A stretch of DNA of 64,000 bases from an uncultured Bacteroidia bacterium. GTDB lineage: Bacteria > Bacteroidota > Bacteroidia > Bacteroidales > F082. Numbering within the stretch: the first letter of the stretch is position 1; every line of letters begins with the position of its first letter. The notes below the pieces were generated by a model that ran no database searches, was not told where the DNA came from, and worked only from the letters and a program-made list of their open reading frames with translations. This document shows, in pieces, positions 38,101-44,855 of the stretch. The stretch covers positions 1,261 to 65,260 of the forward strand of contig CACZQL010000019.1 in assembly GCA_902783365.1 (NCBI GenBank). The letters run 5' to 3'. The position numbers and the translations under genes are program-made.

Positions 38101-41100
38101 GTGTTCGGCGGCGGCAACCACAGCCTCGTGTCGGGTACCAAGGTGGTCAACATGATCGACGGTCGCGTCTATAAGGATGTCTATGGCGGCTCCAATGTCA
38201 TCCCCGACGATGCCGACTGGCTGGTGCATAACTCCGGAAGAAAGACGGTGAACCTCTATGGCGGACAAGTCAACAACGTGTATGGTTGCAGTCGTAACTC
38301 CATCGACGGCCAGGAACACCAGCCCAAGGTGGTTACCTCCTTCGTCAACGTCAGCGGCGGTTACGTGCATGGCAGCATCCACGGCGCCGGCCACGCCGGA
38401 CTCGTGAAAGGCTCCGTGGTGGTCAACATCGGCGCCAACGCCATCTACAACAGCCCCTTCGCCGAGGCCAACCTCGACAAGGACGACATCCGCACCGAAG
38501 GCGATGAACCTACCCACGTGCCCGCCAAACTCATCATCACCGGCTCGGTGTATGGCGGCTCCGACTACGTCAACGCCACCAACAACGCGGCTGACTGGCA
38601 AGACTTCGACGTGGAAGGCTACAGCAACGTGTATATCGATGGTACCGGATATGACTCCAAGACCATGGACGAAAACGTTGAGAACTACATCAACATCTCC
38701 GGCATGATCTTCGGCAGCGGTAACCACTGCGAGTCGGGCCAGCTGGGCCGTAACGTGTTCATCCGCAACTATGGCGCCCGTAGCCCCGAAGGAAACACCC
38801 AACTCACTACCGCCACCCGCAACCTGACGACCATCCAGCGTTGCGACAACCTGGTGATTGACAATGCCAACTTCCTCCTCACCGGTGCCAAACCCATCGA
38901 TGAGAGCTCGGTGGACTACTACTCCGTGTATAAAATTGACTCCTGCCTCTATGTGGCCAACTCCAGCGCGCTCGGCCTGGGCCTTCAATTCGGCACCGGC
39001 GGCAACATGATTCCCGCCCACTTCGCCAATATGGACTCCATCCGCGAGATGCGCAGCACCTATCTCATCGGTCAAAGCAAAGACTATAACCTGTATTCCG
39101 AACAGTTCCCCAAGAAACTCAACTGGGGCTGGATCGGACTGAAAGACTCCGGCAATGATAACGCCAACGAATTGCTCTACATGGACGGCAACACCCCAGG
39201 CAGTACCCTGACCATGGATCAGGAAAACGTGCTCCTCTTCAATGGCGAGACCAAACTCTTTGTGCGCTATCAAGAGAAGGGTAAACAGCAATATGGTGAA
39301 CTGAAAGGCTTCTTCCGGATGCTCAGCCCTTACAAACCCAAGGGCCTGGAGAGCTTCGCCTACGCCCGTACCAAGGTCATGGACAACACCACGTTGACCA
39401 GCCACGACCACTATAATATGTCCGACGGTGGCTTCCTGAGCTATAACGTCGCCTATAACGACTTCCTGGCTGAGGGCTATGAAAGCTACCCTAACTACAC
39501 CAACACCCGTCAGTATCCCTACACCAACGTCATCTCCATCCTTTCGAAAGCCAACCATCCCGACCTCGATGTGGAAGACTACCGCATCTGGGTGCAGGCC
39601 GCTGAGTTTGAAGGCCAGTGCTGGTATGTCGATGGCCGAAGCGCTGCCGAAGGCGGCTGGGGCAAAGCCCTCTCCAACGACGGTTGGGGCATCTATCCCG
39701 ACAAACCCAAGCTGAGCATCAGTGGCGCCAACGGCGTTTACAGCGGCACCTATCCTTTGGGGAACCAAGGACCACAGATTGTGTTCGACTACGATGGCAC
39801 CCAGGTTCCGGGACATACCGAAAGCGACGTCATCTTCCTGGTGGGTCCCGTCAAGGATGTCAACGAAATCGCCAGCGGTCTGGTGAACCAACACACCGAC
39901 CATCAGCTGAAACTCTACCGTTATCCCGGCGGCCATCTGATGAGCAACCACCATAAAGACCTGGGTGGCGCGACCTCCGTGCCGACGAATGGCGTGACAG
40001 GAAGCAGCACCGCGGGGCCGGGCGCCAACTATGGGGCACTGCTGGAGGTGAACCAAGACAAGGCCATCACCTTGGACAACGTGCTTATGGATGGTCTCTA
40101 CGGATACAACGTCATCGATCAAGAATACCTGATGTTTGAGGAGACTGATTTCCAACAGGAGCATGTTGAAAAGCCTTTGGTGGTGACCGGTGCCGGGGCC
40201 AGACTGACCTTGACCGGCAGCGTAGGGGAGGACATGAAGACCAGCGGCACCATCCTGACCCGCGGTTACAACAACACTGACGCCAGCGCGGAGGGCAACT
40301 ATTACGTCAGCTCCGCCTCCAACACTTACCTCAACGGCGGCGGCCTCTATGTGCATGAGAACGTCAACGCGGTGAATGTGTCGGGCATGGTGAGAATTCT
40401 TGAGAACCGCCAGAAAAACGGTAGCGGCACCCTCCTCAGCAATGTGTATCTGCCGGCCTTCAAGACTTATCTCAACATCGCCGGCGACTTGGCCGAGAAT
40501 GCCCGTGTGGGTGTGACCAACCCGGTGTGGAACACTGAGCGTCATTACACCTACAACACCTTCTCGCCGGTGGCGGTGGCCAACAGCGCCACGGTTGCCC
40601 AAACCGTATGGACCAACGAGAACTTCCGCGACGACGTGGGCCACTTCTTCAAGAACGAAGGCAAGTCCATGTATTACGCTTCGGAAATCAAACATCACCC
40701 CGGTTATCTCGACGAGGCCCATACGATGACGATTGATCCGGCCAAGACCCTCTTCCTCGGTTGGACCTGGGCCAACGTGCAACGTTCCGAACCCGAAGGC
40801 TTCTTCAGCAATGGCGACATCGTCATCGACTCGGACGCCGACCTGGCCTGGCTCATCAGCAAGGTGAACGGCCTGAACGGCCAGCCCAACGACGACCTCC
40901 AAGCCTATTACGGCAGCCACCGTGTGATTCAAACCGCGGATGTCGATCTCTTGAAATATGTGTGGGTGCCCATTGGCTCGGAGAGCGGCGCAGCCTTCTC
41001 CGGGGAATACGACGGACAGGGACATCTCATCAAAAACCTGAGCATCGACTACATCGGCGTGGGCGACGGCATCTATGCCCCGATGAACAAGTTCGGCTTG

Positions 41101-43761
41101 TTCGGTGTGTTGCGCGGTGCCAAGATCGACCGCACCTTCGTGGTGGGCGGCCACATCGAGCCTGTGGGTCAAGCCAGCATCGGAGGTTTGGCCGCCTGGG
41201 TGGAAAAACGCGAGACCGACGGCGACCCCGTGATCCCCGTGATTTCCAACAGTGAGGCTGCCCTCGACATCATCTGCCCCTCGGCCAGCTCCGAAGTTTC
41301 TTCAGGCGGTCTGGTGGGCTTCCTCCTCGACGGACAAGTGGCGTCGTGCATGGCCATGCCCACGGTTTATGCCTCCCAGGGTTATCCTAACATCGGCGGC
41401 CTCATCGGACGTACCGGCGACCCTAACGGATTGGCACATACCAGTGACATCACCGTGAAAAACAGCTTCACCAACGCGAAGTTCCTGTTGCCCGACAATC
41501 CTACAGGCATCCTCGTCGGCGGCCTGGTGGGCTATAACTACGGTTCGGCTAAGGTCGAGAACAGCTATGTGCAACTCCAGGAGGGCAGCGAAAATCTCAA
41601 TGACGAGAACTTCGGCACGATGACCCACTGGAATCCCCAGGAGGGCGTGTTCGACCAATGCTATGACTTCGATACGGAACACGCGTTCCATAACGTGGTG
41701 ACCAACGAAGGCACCGTCACCACAGGCTGTGGCCAATACTCACCTGTGATCGGTGCCGACTATTACGGCTACCTCTACATGGATAACACGGTGACCCTCG
41801 GCGAGGAGACAAAGCCTCTGTTTGAGAGACTGAACGAATGGGTGGATGCCCAGGAAGGCAGTTACGCCCGCTGGATCCGTCCCACCTTGCCGAACCTCAA
41901 CAACGACCTCCCGGTGCTGCTGATGGGTGAAAGCATCGACCATCTGGGCGAATTCCGCAGCGTGGCCACCTACGAGGGCGGCCCTGCCTTGCAGTATGGC
42001 GGTCCCTTGCGCGACGGCGATGAACTGAACAGCGCCATAGGACGACTGACCAACCAAGACGAACTCTTTGTCTTTGAGGATGTGGAAGAGGACATCACCA
42101 CGGTACCGGCGACGAATTCGAAGATCGCCCTCCACGAGGACGCCTCCATCCTGTCGCCCGGCACCCTGGGCTCCTTCGGCAACAACTATGTCGGTATCAC
42201 TTTCGACAACTCTTCGCGCCAGGCCCTCGACTACCAAGGCAATGTGCTGGGCCGCGACTGGCATTTCCTTTCATCGCCGCTCCAAAACGCGCCTTTGGGT
42301 ATCGACTACGAGGGTGAGAACACCCCCGAGGGTCCCTGGTATTTCTCCTGGCCGGGCGGAGACGTGGGGAATGATGAACTCACTGCCGCAGGACAGTTCT
42401 ACGGTTTTGAAGGTGATGGCTATTTCCCCAACAACACCCCTGATTTCTATGTCAAGCCCGAAGGACAACAATACACCTATCCCTTCGACTATTACTGCTG
42501 GTATGAGCCTGATTGGCAATGGATCAACTTCAAGCGCAACGGCCCGAGCCACTATCATCAGGACCTGAATCCTTCGGTGACGGAGCCTTCGGAGGCCAAC
42601 CTCTGGGGTCACGACCACATTGATTACCAAGCCACGACCACGGCTGCTGCGAATGTCAACGAGGCCAGTCTGGTGCCGGGCAAGGGCTACATCATGGCCA
42701 TCGAGGATGACACCTATTTGCAGTCGCACGGCATGTTGAACGCCTCGAATGTGACCTATACCGTGACTGCCCGGGCCAAGGACAACGGTGAGGCTTGCAA
42801 AGGTCATAATTTGGTAGGTAATCCTTTCCATACTTATATGGATATGGAAACCTTCTTTGCCGACAATGGCATCAGTGGCTATTACGTCTATGACGCGGAT
42901 GCTTCGGCGGGAAGCTCCACCTATCTGCAATATCCTCAGTCGGGATCCAAGGGCGGCGCCTACGCTTCACGTTATCTGCATCCCCACCAGGGATTCTTCA
43001 TCGTGACGGAGGCTGACAAGGACCTTGTGTTCCATGCGGGTCAGGGTTTGATGCGTTCGAGCAAGGGCGTGGATGGCACGACTTTCCGAGGCTCTTGGAA
43101 CAACAATGAGGATCAGAACGCCTATCCTTTGGTGAACCTGTTCGCCGAGGACAAAGAGGGCAGGGCTGAGGTGCTGGTTGTCGAGTTCGACCGTCCCGAA
43201 AATGGCGGCGGCTTGAAGGCGAGGGGCTTGCGTTCGGGCAAACACCTGCTTTACGCGCATTGGAACGATGAGGACTATGGCGCTTTCTTCGCCAAGAGAG
43301 GCACCGAGAGAGTGGCGGTGCGGTTCAAGACCTTCGACGAAAAGGAGGTTTACACCTTGCGTTGGAACATTCAAAACGGTGCTTTCCGCAGCATGTACCT
43401 GATTGACAACATCACGGGCGTGGAGTACGACATGCTGGCCAACGACCAATATGTCTTTGAGGGTAAGAATACGGATTATGTGTCGCGATTCTACATCACC
43501 TTCACTTTGGATGAAGACCCCGAGGAACCCGAGGATCCTGAGGAACCTTCCGTTTCGCCGTTTGCCTTCTTCGATGGCAACCAGTGGGTGGTCAATGGTG
43601 GGGGACACCTCCAGTTGGTCGATATGCTGGGTCGTGTGTTGCACAGCGAGTTGCTTCCTGGCGACCAGAACCGCGTGAGTCTGCATTACGCCAGCGGCGT
43701 GTATCTGCTCCGTCTGGTCAACGGCAATGCCGTGAAAACGCAGAAGATCGTGATCCACTGA
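29179..43761 (+). CDS. Giant (about 4,860 aa) secreted surface protein: signal peptide, Ig-like repeats, GLUG-like regions, Gly-rich beta-helix-type repeats and T9SS CTD
   Basis: One uninterrupted 14.6-kb ORF. I preferred the ATG at 29179 (MKLFNRCLAIVMGSCFLFGQLGMAVAQ, a signal peptide) over the TTG at 29173. See the sub-features. A strong terminator follows the gene. Confidence 0.9.
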   Translation: MKLFNRCLAIVMGSCFLFGQLGMAVAQTTDYSGIWYVASHNSYNVDQPVNNHYMVPAQLPDWAQPGNPDPRTVYFDADMGYPEPFHCPYITTFKTNKDNNSRWDFIATNDGYYYIRHHDTQKYMVYQQVSESNVGDNRYGKVVHLETLQELGDNAKFAIGTTTGFGGSITIIPKSIENENYRYLNVHGGPSNLYYGSDAYNNYRMGLLGVYAVDQNSCWHLELASLPMPTISYSWESGQVSITTDVTDAFIYYTLDGTDPTTSSTPYNALMPFTLTEAATVKAIVAKSGVVSDVAVRTFEKVESPVIVENGSNAIAITSATPGVAIFYTTNGNPPGNPETTYRYMEPLTIHDYPELTALGTQVMAIAVKEDNTMIGSPIVIKTPPAGESLLYTLVPEIVHESSAVGPVFTLSIPVLPADGNYEYSIHYTLNGSTPTASSTLYTGPFVVPEAAYVQVVGVRGTFVSSVVGENVPQVAKPFIMDNGLNQISITCVTSGATILYTTDGSMPDPDHVGGDNPTQEYTAPLDYTYSGKTITAIAVKEGLINSLPYSATIILKAPAPTYSIDHTNGYVTISSVLPPTACYYTIDGSTPTPSSTLYEGPFQLTESATVKAVVAIEGYNLSDVSSQLFTQVSQPEVTGNGAFQIVITTHTQEAFIYYTYTTDGTEPEDPTVSGGGHYYFSPLDASFSGYPIKAFAVKEGMVPSPIAYSIPPHLTCSMPIITRTSENTFSIFKGQYPVAGTSGLKIVYTTDGSAPTTSSTAITVEAEEVNNVTFSEGTVVKAYVMASGYHPSTVATRSMANALICNNDIYEINNDAEFDLFVVKVNANSSDDANASSHYVIKADINAMGSYVITTPFSGELEADIDPNTQMPYRIKNLRNPLFATLQSAKVHDLVLEEVNISATEHVGAIACVAKSATRIYNCGILSGCIEGTSDNSCVGSIVGRFGERDEPSTARVVNCYSFADVKSTMGTSAYAGGIVGYNDVATTATNLKSMVFGCMFYGDILQGTKIAPVYGGEIISNNSSVNGVSNYNYFRAEADYVQNQRINQHNCALLAETRYLQRFEFFRHLLNGHRELAAWWVTGDAGDKDKMLKWVMIPDSIGSAHPYPVLKTPGVYPSVVNPDFEHAQEGMPRNQGGKLSTLKVNIQMGDGAVYERPEGAEITTSELILNITDKDTTHFNYNYYKVQLPYYNDVGTKNYNKNRVVTGWKIVSIKGGEVGNYCTGDEVTYNASGEVTATPYNFADRHCTGKDLYETSKRVFNQGAYWDVPEGVTEITIEPYWAKAAYCADQYRDIVYNTGMTTADPVEEVGGEPLYSTNNTYILINGDSQKVYSSVQNARNALTPGNNTIWGTHSVYDYAVVLVGNSHLYNKQNSGLISGTIEQAHTIMSVDLDHDHEPDYSYILRFDARTPCHSVRIDFLNLCGLGMAQKSTEGTGTYNLGILQPKGWFEVTNTGLFRVTQFEFDKSDRGVFPIIVQGGVIEQWVSGQNNGVSNKTTYFHLGGNVWFREFHRGTHQDKDHTSKHPPVSVTGGEYAVFYLTGLYKGDVANYDDNAECYINGGRFGEIAGAAQEGIGNAEDHTNGNIFWQIDHADIDEFYGGGLNASHPVEGNITTHISNSNVKLFCGGPKFGDMNSDKEVRTIATDCEFGEFYGGGFGGNSYSRRAPKNKEGVLNTAWNTWVNSEYKQDYNGTFKGISTQFDYQFLPMSNNYNNVARLFVDYVRFSLATTYSVNSSLTGCVIHNDYYGGGRLGKVSGDVVSTLTDCTVYGNVFGGGYTGALPPVEVMNKGGFIKEPFYDEALGAYLSGSFPETVTYTWEHSDTPVTNTNTGINTSRHVLYTNEDLTTLGLVTGNTTVIVKGDTYVEGLINGEPGGGIFGGGNEARVGGNAIVEVETTPDEAFAINNVFGGGNRSITGTFDIDPATNDTLGVVANTGNTTVTFKNGLVSGNVYGGGKGAYDPTMNDKGKSLGMVLGDARLTMMDGYVQGNVFGGSELANVLGDAYVTIKDGVVGTERSVEGILAVPEMSCVYGGGRGDRNALFNTWTNVNKSVVNLEGGTVYGSVYGGGQEGHVLYDTDVTIGTNASGPVIGTYGTTGYDGNVFGSGRGYNPEVSTAGSIGGNATVNIKNGEVLGSVFGGGRMGSVGLNLVDIDHDHYGVMQDGEDHGYATVSISGGVIGIDENHEHAGHVFGGSIGKVGRLDIGRVKHATVDVSGGVVKGVVHGGADYGIVMTDAVVSISGGTVGVVQETVSPLTGNDTIVHVSGGSVFGGGRGHSSFRDAGLVFGNTDVTVTGGVILNNVYGGGEVSSVGGAGDLATGKTTVTVRGGEIGPAPHGNITVGINGLDGSVFGGGQGLVDASDTTLYRDFADVNRTLVVIENGNVWGSVFGGGEDGHVRAETEIRITGGTIGTLGTTGYDGNVFAGGRGFSGINVTAGRVGGNTLTTISGGLMKGSVYGGGRLGSVGIGEHGGMLPGEDHGVARINISGGTIGHLGEANSINGGDVYGGSKGLAGSLESLNSKLGISKQAYITISRNAFIMGSVFGSGEDGQLQRDAHVNIQGGQIGGESFNPSNPTLGNNKFHGNVFGGGRGLGQYRDEHGEGQYSLIAGRTQGNTYINITGGRICRNVYGGGDMASVGDPDETMDLFDPETNVPLTGWAHIHISGGTIGVDPDLELEDGTRNDNGHVYGSCRGLAGYPDFAFVKNSDINISGNSLVLGSVFGSGEDGHLRHRTHVNVIGGTIGKRGTSGFDGNIYGAGRGYDIDPNTNQYTLTAGMAGVSTTVDVSGGLVKGSIYGGGRIASVGCRAYLDSDRMPDDYGKATILIHGNAVVGTGADGATGGNVYGGSKGLTITDESNVYFADLAIVKRTEVSINDQAHIKGSVFGGGEDGHVYKLTDEEEGLLPEEGLTADDFGNTLINIDGDCQIGVSETHEDIYKGSVYGGGRGLQALSLTAGIVEGNTRVNISGGKVYQNVFGGGNHSLVSGTKVVNMIDGRVYKDVYGGSNVIPDDADWLVHNSGRKTVNLYGGQVNNVYGCSRNSIDGQEHQPKVVTSFVNVSGGYVHGSIHGAGHAGLVKGSVVVNIGANAIYNSPFAEANLDKDDIRTEGDEPTHVPAKLIITGSVYGGSDYVNATNNAADWQDFDVEGYSNVYIDGTGYDSKTMDENVENYINISGMIFGSGNHCESGQLGRNVFIRNYGARSPEGNTQLTTATRNLTTIQRCDNLVIDNANFLLTGAKPIDESSVDYYSVYKIDSCLYVANSSALGLGLQFGTGGNMIPAHFANMDSIREMRSTYLIGQSKDYNLYSEQFPKKLNWGWIGLKDSGNDNANELLYMDGNTPGSTLTMDQENVLLFNGETKLFVRYQEKGKQQYGELKGFFRMLSPYKPKGLESFAYARTKVMDNTTLTSHDHYNMSDGGFLSYNVAYNDFLAEGYESYPNYTNTRQYPYTNVISILSKANHPDLDVEDYRIWVQAAEFEGQCWYVDGRSAAEGGWGKALSNDGWGIYPDKPKLSISGANGVYSGTYPLGNQGPQIVFDYDGTQVPGHTESDVIFLVGPVKDVNEIASGLVNQHTDHQLKLYRYPGGHLMSNHHKDLGGATSVPTNGVTGSSTAGPGANYGALLEVNQDKAITLDNVLMDGLYGYNVIDQEYLMFEETDFQQEHVEKPLVVTGAGARLTLTGSVGEDMKTSGTILTRGYNNTDASAEGNYYVSSASNTYLNGGGLYVHENVNAVNVSGMVRILENRQKNGSGTLLSNVYLPAFKTYLNIAGDLAENARVGVTNPVWNTERHYTYNTFSPVAVANSATVAQTVWTNENFRDDVGHFFKNEGKSMYYASEIKHHPGYLDEAHTMTIDPAKTLFLGWTWANVQRSEPEGFFSNGDIVIDSDADLAWLISKVNGLNGQPNDDLQAYYGSHRVIQTADVDLLKYVWVPIGSESGAAFSGEYDGQGHLIKNLSIDYIGVGDGIYAPMNKFGLFGVLRGAKIDRTFVVGGHIEPVGQASIGGLAAWVEKRETDGDPVIPVISNSEAALDIICPSASSEVSSGGLVGFLLDGQVASCMAMPTVYASQGYPNIGGLIGRTGDPNGLAHTSDITVKNSFTNAKFLLPDNPTGILVGGLVGYNYGSAKVENSYVQLQEGSENLNDENFGTMTHWNPQEGVFDQCYDFDTEHAFHNVVTNEGTVTTGCGQYSPVIGADYYGYLYMDNTVTLGEETKPLFERLNEWVDAQEGSYARWIRPTLPNLNNDLPVLLMGESIDHLGEFRSVATYEGGPALQYGGPLRDGDELNSAIGRLTNQDELFVFEDVEEDITTVPATNSKIALHEDASILSPGTLGSFGNNYVGITFDNSSRQALDYQGNVLGRDWHFLSSPLQNAPLGIDYEGENTPEGPWYFSWPGGDVGNDELTAAGQFYGFEGDGYFPNNTPDFYVKPEGQQYTYPFDYYCWYEPDWQWINFKRNGPSHYHQDLNPSVTEPSEANLWGHDHIDYQATTTAAANVNEASLVPGKGYIMAIEDDTYLQSHGMLNASNVTYTVTARAKDNGEACKGHNLVGNPFHTYMDMETFFADNGISGYYVYDADASAGSSTYLQYPQSGSKGGAYASRYLHPHQGFFIVTEADKDLVFHAGQGLMRSSKGVDGTTFRGSWNNNEDQNAYPLVNLFAEDKEGRAEVLVVEFDRPENGGGLKARGLRSGKHLLYAHWNDEDYGAFFAKRGTERVAVRFKTFDEKEVYTLRWNIQNGAFRSMYLIDNITGVEYDMLANDQYVFEGKNTDYVSRFYITFTLDEDPEEPEDPEEPSVSPFAFFDGNQWVVNGGGHLQLVDMLGRVLHSELLPGDQNRVSLHYASGVYLLRLVNGNAVKTQKIVIH
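29863..31575 (+). other. About eight Ig-like repeats of the 'chitobiase/hexosaminidase C-terminal (Fn3-associated)' type within the giant protein
   Basis: A recurring signature, for example AFIYYTLDGTDPTTSSTPY, VAIFYTTNGNPP, SIHYTLNGSTPTASSTLY, ATILYTTDGSMPD, ACYYTIDGSTPTPSSTLY and KIVYTTDGSAPTTSS, each followed by ...VKA[IV].... Confidence 0.65.
31891..32196 (+). other. GLUG-like region 1 of the giant protein
   Basis: HVGAIACVA, CVGSIVGRF and AGGIVGYNDV, spaced about 30 aa apart and alternating with N-C-Y/G turns, as in GLUG motifs. Confidence 0.5.
33960..38750 (+). other. Gly-rich beta-helix-type repeat region of the giant protein (about 1,600 aa)
   Basis: Dozens of N[VI][FY]GGG / GS[VI][FY]GG[GS] turns about every 20-30 aa (EFYGGGLNAS ... 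NVFGGGNHS ... MIFGSGNH). Confidence 0.6.
40995..41578 (+). other. GLUG-like region 2 of the giant protein
   Basis: FSGEYDGQGHLIKNL, GLFGVLRGA, IGGLAAWVE, SGGLVGFLLDG, IGGLIGRTG and VGGLVGYNYGS. Confidence 0.55.
43552..43758 (+). other. T9SS C-terminal sorting domain of the giant protein
   Basis: LQLVDMLGRVLHSELL...GVYLLRLVNGNAVKTQKIVIH at the extreme C-terminus has the same pattern as the CTDs of the peptidases in this window. Confidence 0.75.
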
Positions 43762-43777
43762 CCGTGGATGCGGGCAT

Positions 43778-43813
43778 AAAAAAACCGGCGTCGTTTGCGG
43801 CGCCGGTTTTTTT
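43778..43813. terminator. Bidirectional intrinsic terminator (A7-CCGGCGTCG-tttg-CGGCGCCGG-T7)
   Basis: GC-rich 9-bp stem (one G-T pair) at 43785-43806, flanked by an A-run and a T-run. It lies between the convergent giant gene (stop at 43761) and the acyltransferase gene (stop at 43812). Confidence 0.85.
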
Positions 43814-44363
43814 ACAGATTGAATAATTCGGGAAACTTCCCTTTGACTCCCCGGTAATAGTCCCAGATCTCGGCGAGGTCTTTCTCGTAATCACCGGTGG
43901 GGTAGAAGACGCGCTCAATACCGCAATACTTCTTTTGGTAGTCGATGAAACCGAGGATGATGGGCACTTTGGCGCCTTCGGCGATGACGTAAAACCCTTT
44001 TTTCCATCGGTTCACTTTCTTTCGGGTGCCTTCGGGGCAGATGATGAGGTGGGTGTTCTTGTTTTGGCTGAACATTTCCACCATCTGTTCCACGAGGTGG
44101 TTCTGGTGTCCGCGGTTGACGGGGATGCCGCCCATTTTTTTGAGGATCCAGCCCAGCACGGGTTTGAAGAACTCCTTTTTGATCATCACCTTGAAGGGGA
44201 TGTCGTAGTACCAATAGAAGGCCACGCCGACGAAGAAGTCCTCGATGGCGGTATGGGGGGCGACGATGCAGACGGCGTTGCCCAAATCCTTAGGGGCTTC
44301 GTTGACGGTTTTCCAACCGCCAAGCTTCAGCCCAAGTTTTGCGATGGAGTGCTTGAGAGACAT
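43812..44363 (-). CDS. Lysophospholipid (1-acyl-sn-glycerol-3-phosphate) acyltransferase family protein
   Basis: 183 aa. HX4D acyltransferase motif in VAPHTAIEDFF, and the downstream EGTRK motif (ICPEGTRKK). Confidence 0.75.
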   Translation of the reverse strand: MSLKHSIAKLGLKLGGWKTVNEAPKDLGNAVCIVAPHTAIEDFFVGVAFYWYYDIPFKVMIKKEFFKPVLGWILKKMGGIPVNRGHQNHLVEQMVEMFSQNKNTHLIICPEGTRKKVNRWKKGFYVIAEGAKVPIILGFIDYQKKYCGIERVFYPTGDYEKDLAEIWDYYRGVKGKFPELFNL

Positions 44364-44376
44364 AACTTTATTTAAT

Positions 44377-44404
44377 GCGGAATTCGGAATGCGGAATGCG
44401 GAAT
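44377..44404 (+). repeat. Heptamer array GCGGAAT TCGGAAT GCGGAAT GCGGAAT (left arm of an inverted pair)
   Basis: Read directly. It ends 3 nt before the stop of the four-helix-bundle gene. It is the reverse complement of 44827-44854 with 2 mismatches in 28 nt. Confidence 0.95.
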
Positions 44405-44406
44405 AA

Positions 44407-44763
44407 TTAGTTGGTTTGCTGTTTCTTTGTGATGGATACTAAGATGCGGATCAGCTCGTTACAATGGACGTTTAGTTTATTAAACAAATCATCAGGAAGA
44501 TACGCTGTGGCGTGGAGGATGTCCAACCAATAGTTCGTTTCGCTTGCTTCTTTTAATGCGATATTCATTTTTGCAAAGAAATCTGGTTTTGTTTGTCCTC
44601 TAACTGCTTCAGCTATATTAGCTCCGATACTTGTTCCACACCTTAACAGCTGTTTTGACATCACAAATTCATGTTTTTTTTCTGTTATCCACTTGTAAGT
44701 CAATACTGTCTTTATTGCGAAATCTCTACTCTTAGTTTTGATTATATTATCATCATTTTTCAT
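44407..44763 (-). CDS. Four-helix-bundle protein (23S rRNA intervening-sequence protein / Avd-like family)
   Basis: 118 aa. RCGTSIGANIAEA...FFAKMNIALKEASETNYWLDIL is the family signature as I remember it. GC is visibly lower than in the neighbours. Confidence 0.8.
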   Translation of the reverse strand: MKNDDNIIKTKSRDFAIKTVLTYKWITEKKHEFVMSKQLLRCGTSIGANIAEAVRGQTKPDFFAKMNIALKEASETNYWLDILHATAYLPDDLFNKLNVHCNELIRILVSITKKQQTN

Positions 44764-44826
44764 TTTGTGTTTGTTTGGTTTGGTTTAGTTTATTTTATTT
44801 TATTTTAGTTCTTATCAAAACTCTTT

Positions 44827-44854
44827 ATTCCGCATTCCGAATTCCGAATTCCGA
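44827..44854 (+). repeat. Heptamer array ATTCCGC ATTCCGA ATTCCGA ATTCCGA (right arm of the inverted pair)
   Basis: Read directly. It abuts the pepO stop codon (44856-44858). Confidence 0.95.
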
Positions 44855-44855
44855 A

